A DNA stretch of 62,901 nt, filler included, from Octopus bimaculoides (lineage: Eukaryota), in assembly GCF_001194135.2 (NCBI RefSeq). It is 3 parts of 3 records of this genome, joined end to end, with 100 filler letters (N's around TTAATTAATTAA, not from the genome) between each part and the next. Parts side by side here need not be neighbours in the genome. Positions count along the whole stretch, not along the records: positions 51,830 to 62,901 come from NC_068981.1; 2 more parts are not named here. One strand, written 5' to 3'. The translations under genes and the position numbers were made by a program. Every line of letters starts with the position of its first letter. Positions within the stretch are counted from its first letter, which is position 1. Below are positions 60,907 through 62,901 of this stretch, piece by piece. The notes under the pieces were generated by a model that saw only the letters and a program-made list of their open reading frames with translations, ran no database searches and was not told the DNA's origin.

Positions 60907-62235
60907 TAATTAATATGTATAATTAGAACAGTAAAATGGAACTGCGAGCTTTACGGGGCTCGTAAGCCATTACATCTCTTTCATTGTTAAATATTTCATT
61001 TCGTATTTAATCATTCGTTTTATGTACCCCACGTTTTGTGTTGTCAGTCCTTGTAGTGTCTCCTTCTATGTTATGGCCGTAGTGCCTAATAAAGAAAGGA
61101 GTTAATTGAGTAGAGGTCATCTGAACGTGCGATATAACAGTGGCGACGAAGATTTCGTAGCTCACACAGCCACTGTGAAGTATTGCGATATAACAAAAAT
61201 ATAACTTGAACAAAATATAACTTGAACTCAAGAAATGCAAAATGATGTACCACAAACTGCAATGCATTATGTATGACGCTTTAACAGTTCCTTCAGTCTT
61301 ATAACTATCATTAGTACAATGTTAATCAAATCCGAATAGATGAAAATCAATGTTATCATTCTAACTAATTTTGGAATATGAATACTTAAGAAAACCAGCT
61401 GAATCATGATGTAGTGGGACTCTGTTGACAATACATCAGAGTTTTGAATTTTGCTAAGGGAAAGCTTAAATAAATTTAAAGCAAAGGCAGCATCTATTAA
61501 TTTCTTGTAGAATACTCACATGAGAGAATCAATCATGATTTCACGCTGGAAAAAGTTCGTATTCGTTTTATTAATTTCAGCTCAAAGCTGTAGTCATGTT
61601 GGGGCAGCACCGTTTAATGACAGCAAATATAACAAATTTAACATTGTATCTGTTTATATACATTGTGAAAATAAAAGGTGTTGTATTCACTTCCACATGG
61701 GCTAATACCCATTTCTTCTGTCGAGGGTTTCTGTACCCCAGTTTTAGGATATTTTCAACAGCCAATATATACAGTGAAATTGTATATGCTTAGGCTTATT
61801 GTTATATTTACAAAATTTTCGTTCAGTACTGTTTTCGTTCAGTACTTATGCAGTATAATGCACATGTTTACACAACGCTATAAAATCATAGTTGCTAAAT
61901 ACAAACCCAAACAATTGGTTGGTATGTTCGTATAATCGGACTGCACACTTGTCAAAGAAATAAGCGGCGTGGGTTCGTTTCTCTCGAGTACTAATGCCCA
62001 TTTTATTTCTGTCGATGGTTTTCATACGGTCCAATATTATAATCAGCATATAGTGAAACCTTATAAGTTTCAGCTAATAAGCATAGTTACATTTTCCCTA
62101 TATCCATCTATCTACCAATATATATATATATTGGTAGATATTTCTGAATCTCTTTGATTCTTTAGATGTGCTGGCCTCCTGATAATTAATCGATATTAAT
62201 TAATATATGACTAATTACCACATTTTATAATATAG

Positions 62236-62293
<58 letters not shown>

Positions 62294-62901
62294 CCTAGGC
62301 GCATGGGTATTTATATTTTTTTTAGATTTTAATTATTTCTGTGGTAAAATAAACATTTTCACGCCTAAAAATTAATAAGCTAATAAATAAAAATAGAGCA
62401 TATAACTGCAGTAAGCAAAGAATCCCACATACTTTATGGATAACGAGACACGGGAGGCGAGTGTGTGGTATTGTTTTGCATTGATAATAAAATAGATATA
62501 TACAAATTATAATCATTATAACAAGAAAACATATATGGTACAGTACTGTTTCTACTTCTACACCTGCGATAGCCGAGGGATTACTGTATATGAAGGCCAC
62601 ATTAGATACACTGCAGTTAAGAATTAGAGCATTTACAGAAACAAAATATAGATTTATGAACCTGTCCTTTAATATCTATGAATTACATAACAAATTAAAT
62701 ATATGAAAGTGAACGCATCAATACAATCGCGTCCCAACATTTAATAGATATCTCAGAGAACTCTTTTATGTATATGACGTAGTCACACATTTCGTTATAT
62801 ATGTCGCAGTCTGCTGATAAGTTAGTGTTTGAAAGCTAAAATAACAGAATGACGGCAGTATTGTAGTGAAGTTGGTCTTTTGAGTAAGTTACATATATAT
62901 A

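Overview
AT-rich, microsatellite-dense eukaryotic genomic DNA with many assembly gaps. The SINE repertoire and simple-repeat load point to a cephalopod, most likely Octopus (inference, not directly provable here). Almost all supplied ORFs are microsatellite or N-gap artefacts; the real genes are spliced and were reconstructed by hand. (1) A complete six-exon PRDM12 orthologue on + (CDS 24197-24296, 35245-35438, 36530-36685, 38530-38644, 39102-39389, 39792-40021; 1083 nt, 360 aa; PR/SET domain, 3 C2H2 fingers, C-terminal Ser13-Thr4 run). All five introns are GT-AG and phase-compatible. (2) A convergently transcribed caspase-8-like gene on - (six linked exons at 51168-51230, 48079-48129, 47531-47602, 45342-45668, 43712-43859, 42717-42855). 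It has an intact His/Cys dyad but an atypical QACQN active site, and its prodomain is unresolved. The rest consists of tRNA-derived and RTE-related SINEs, decayed R4/Dong-like, RTE, CR1/L2-like and L1/Tx1-ORF1-like LINE pieces, several MITEs, a near-perfect 112-bp inverted repeat in PRDM12 intron 1, and a ~520-bp tandem unit with an invariant core inside a caspase intron. Two 44N-TTAATTAATTAA-44N scaffold-join markers limit long-range conclusions. Repeat boundaries are approximate; exon boundaries were counted base by base. Comparisons with human/fly proteins are from recalled sequences, not database searches.
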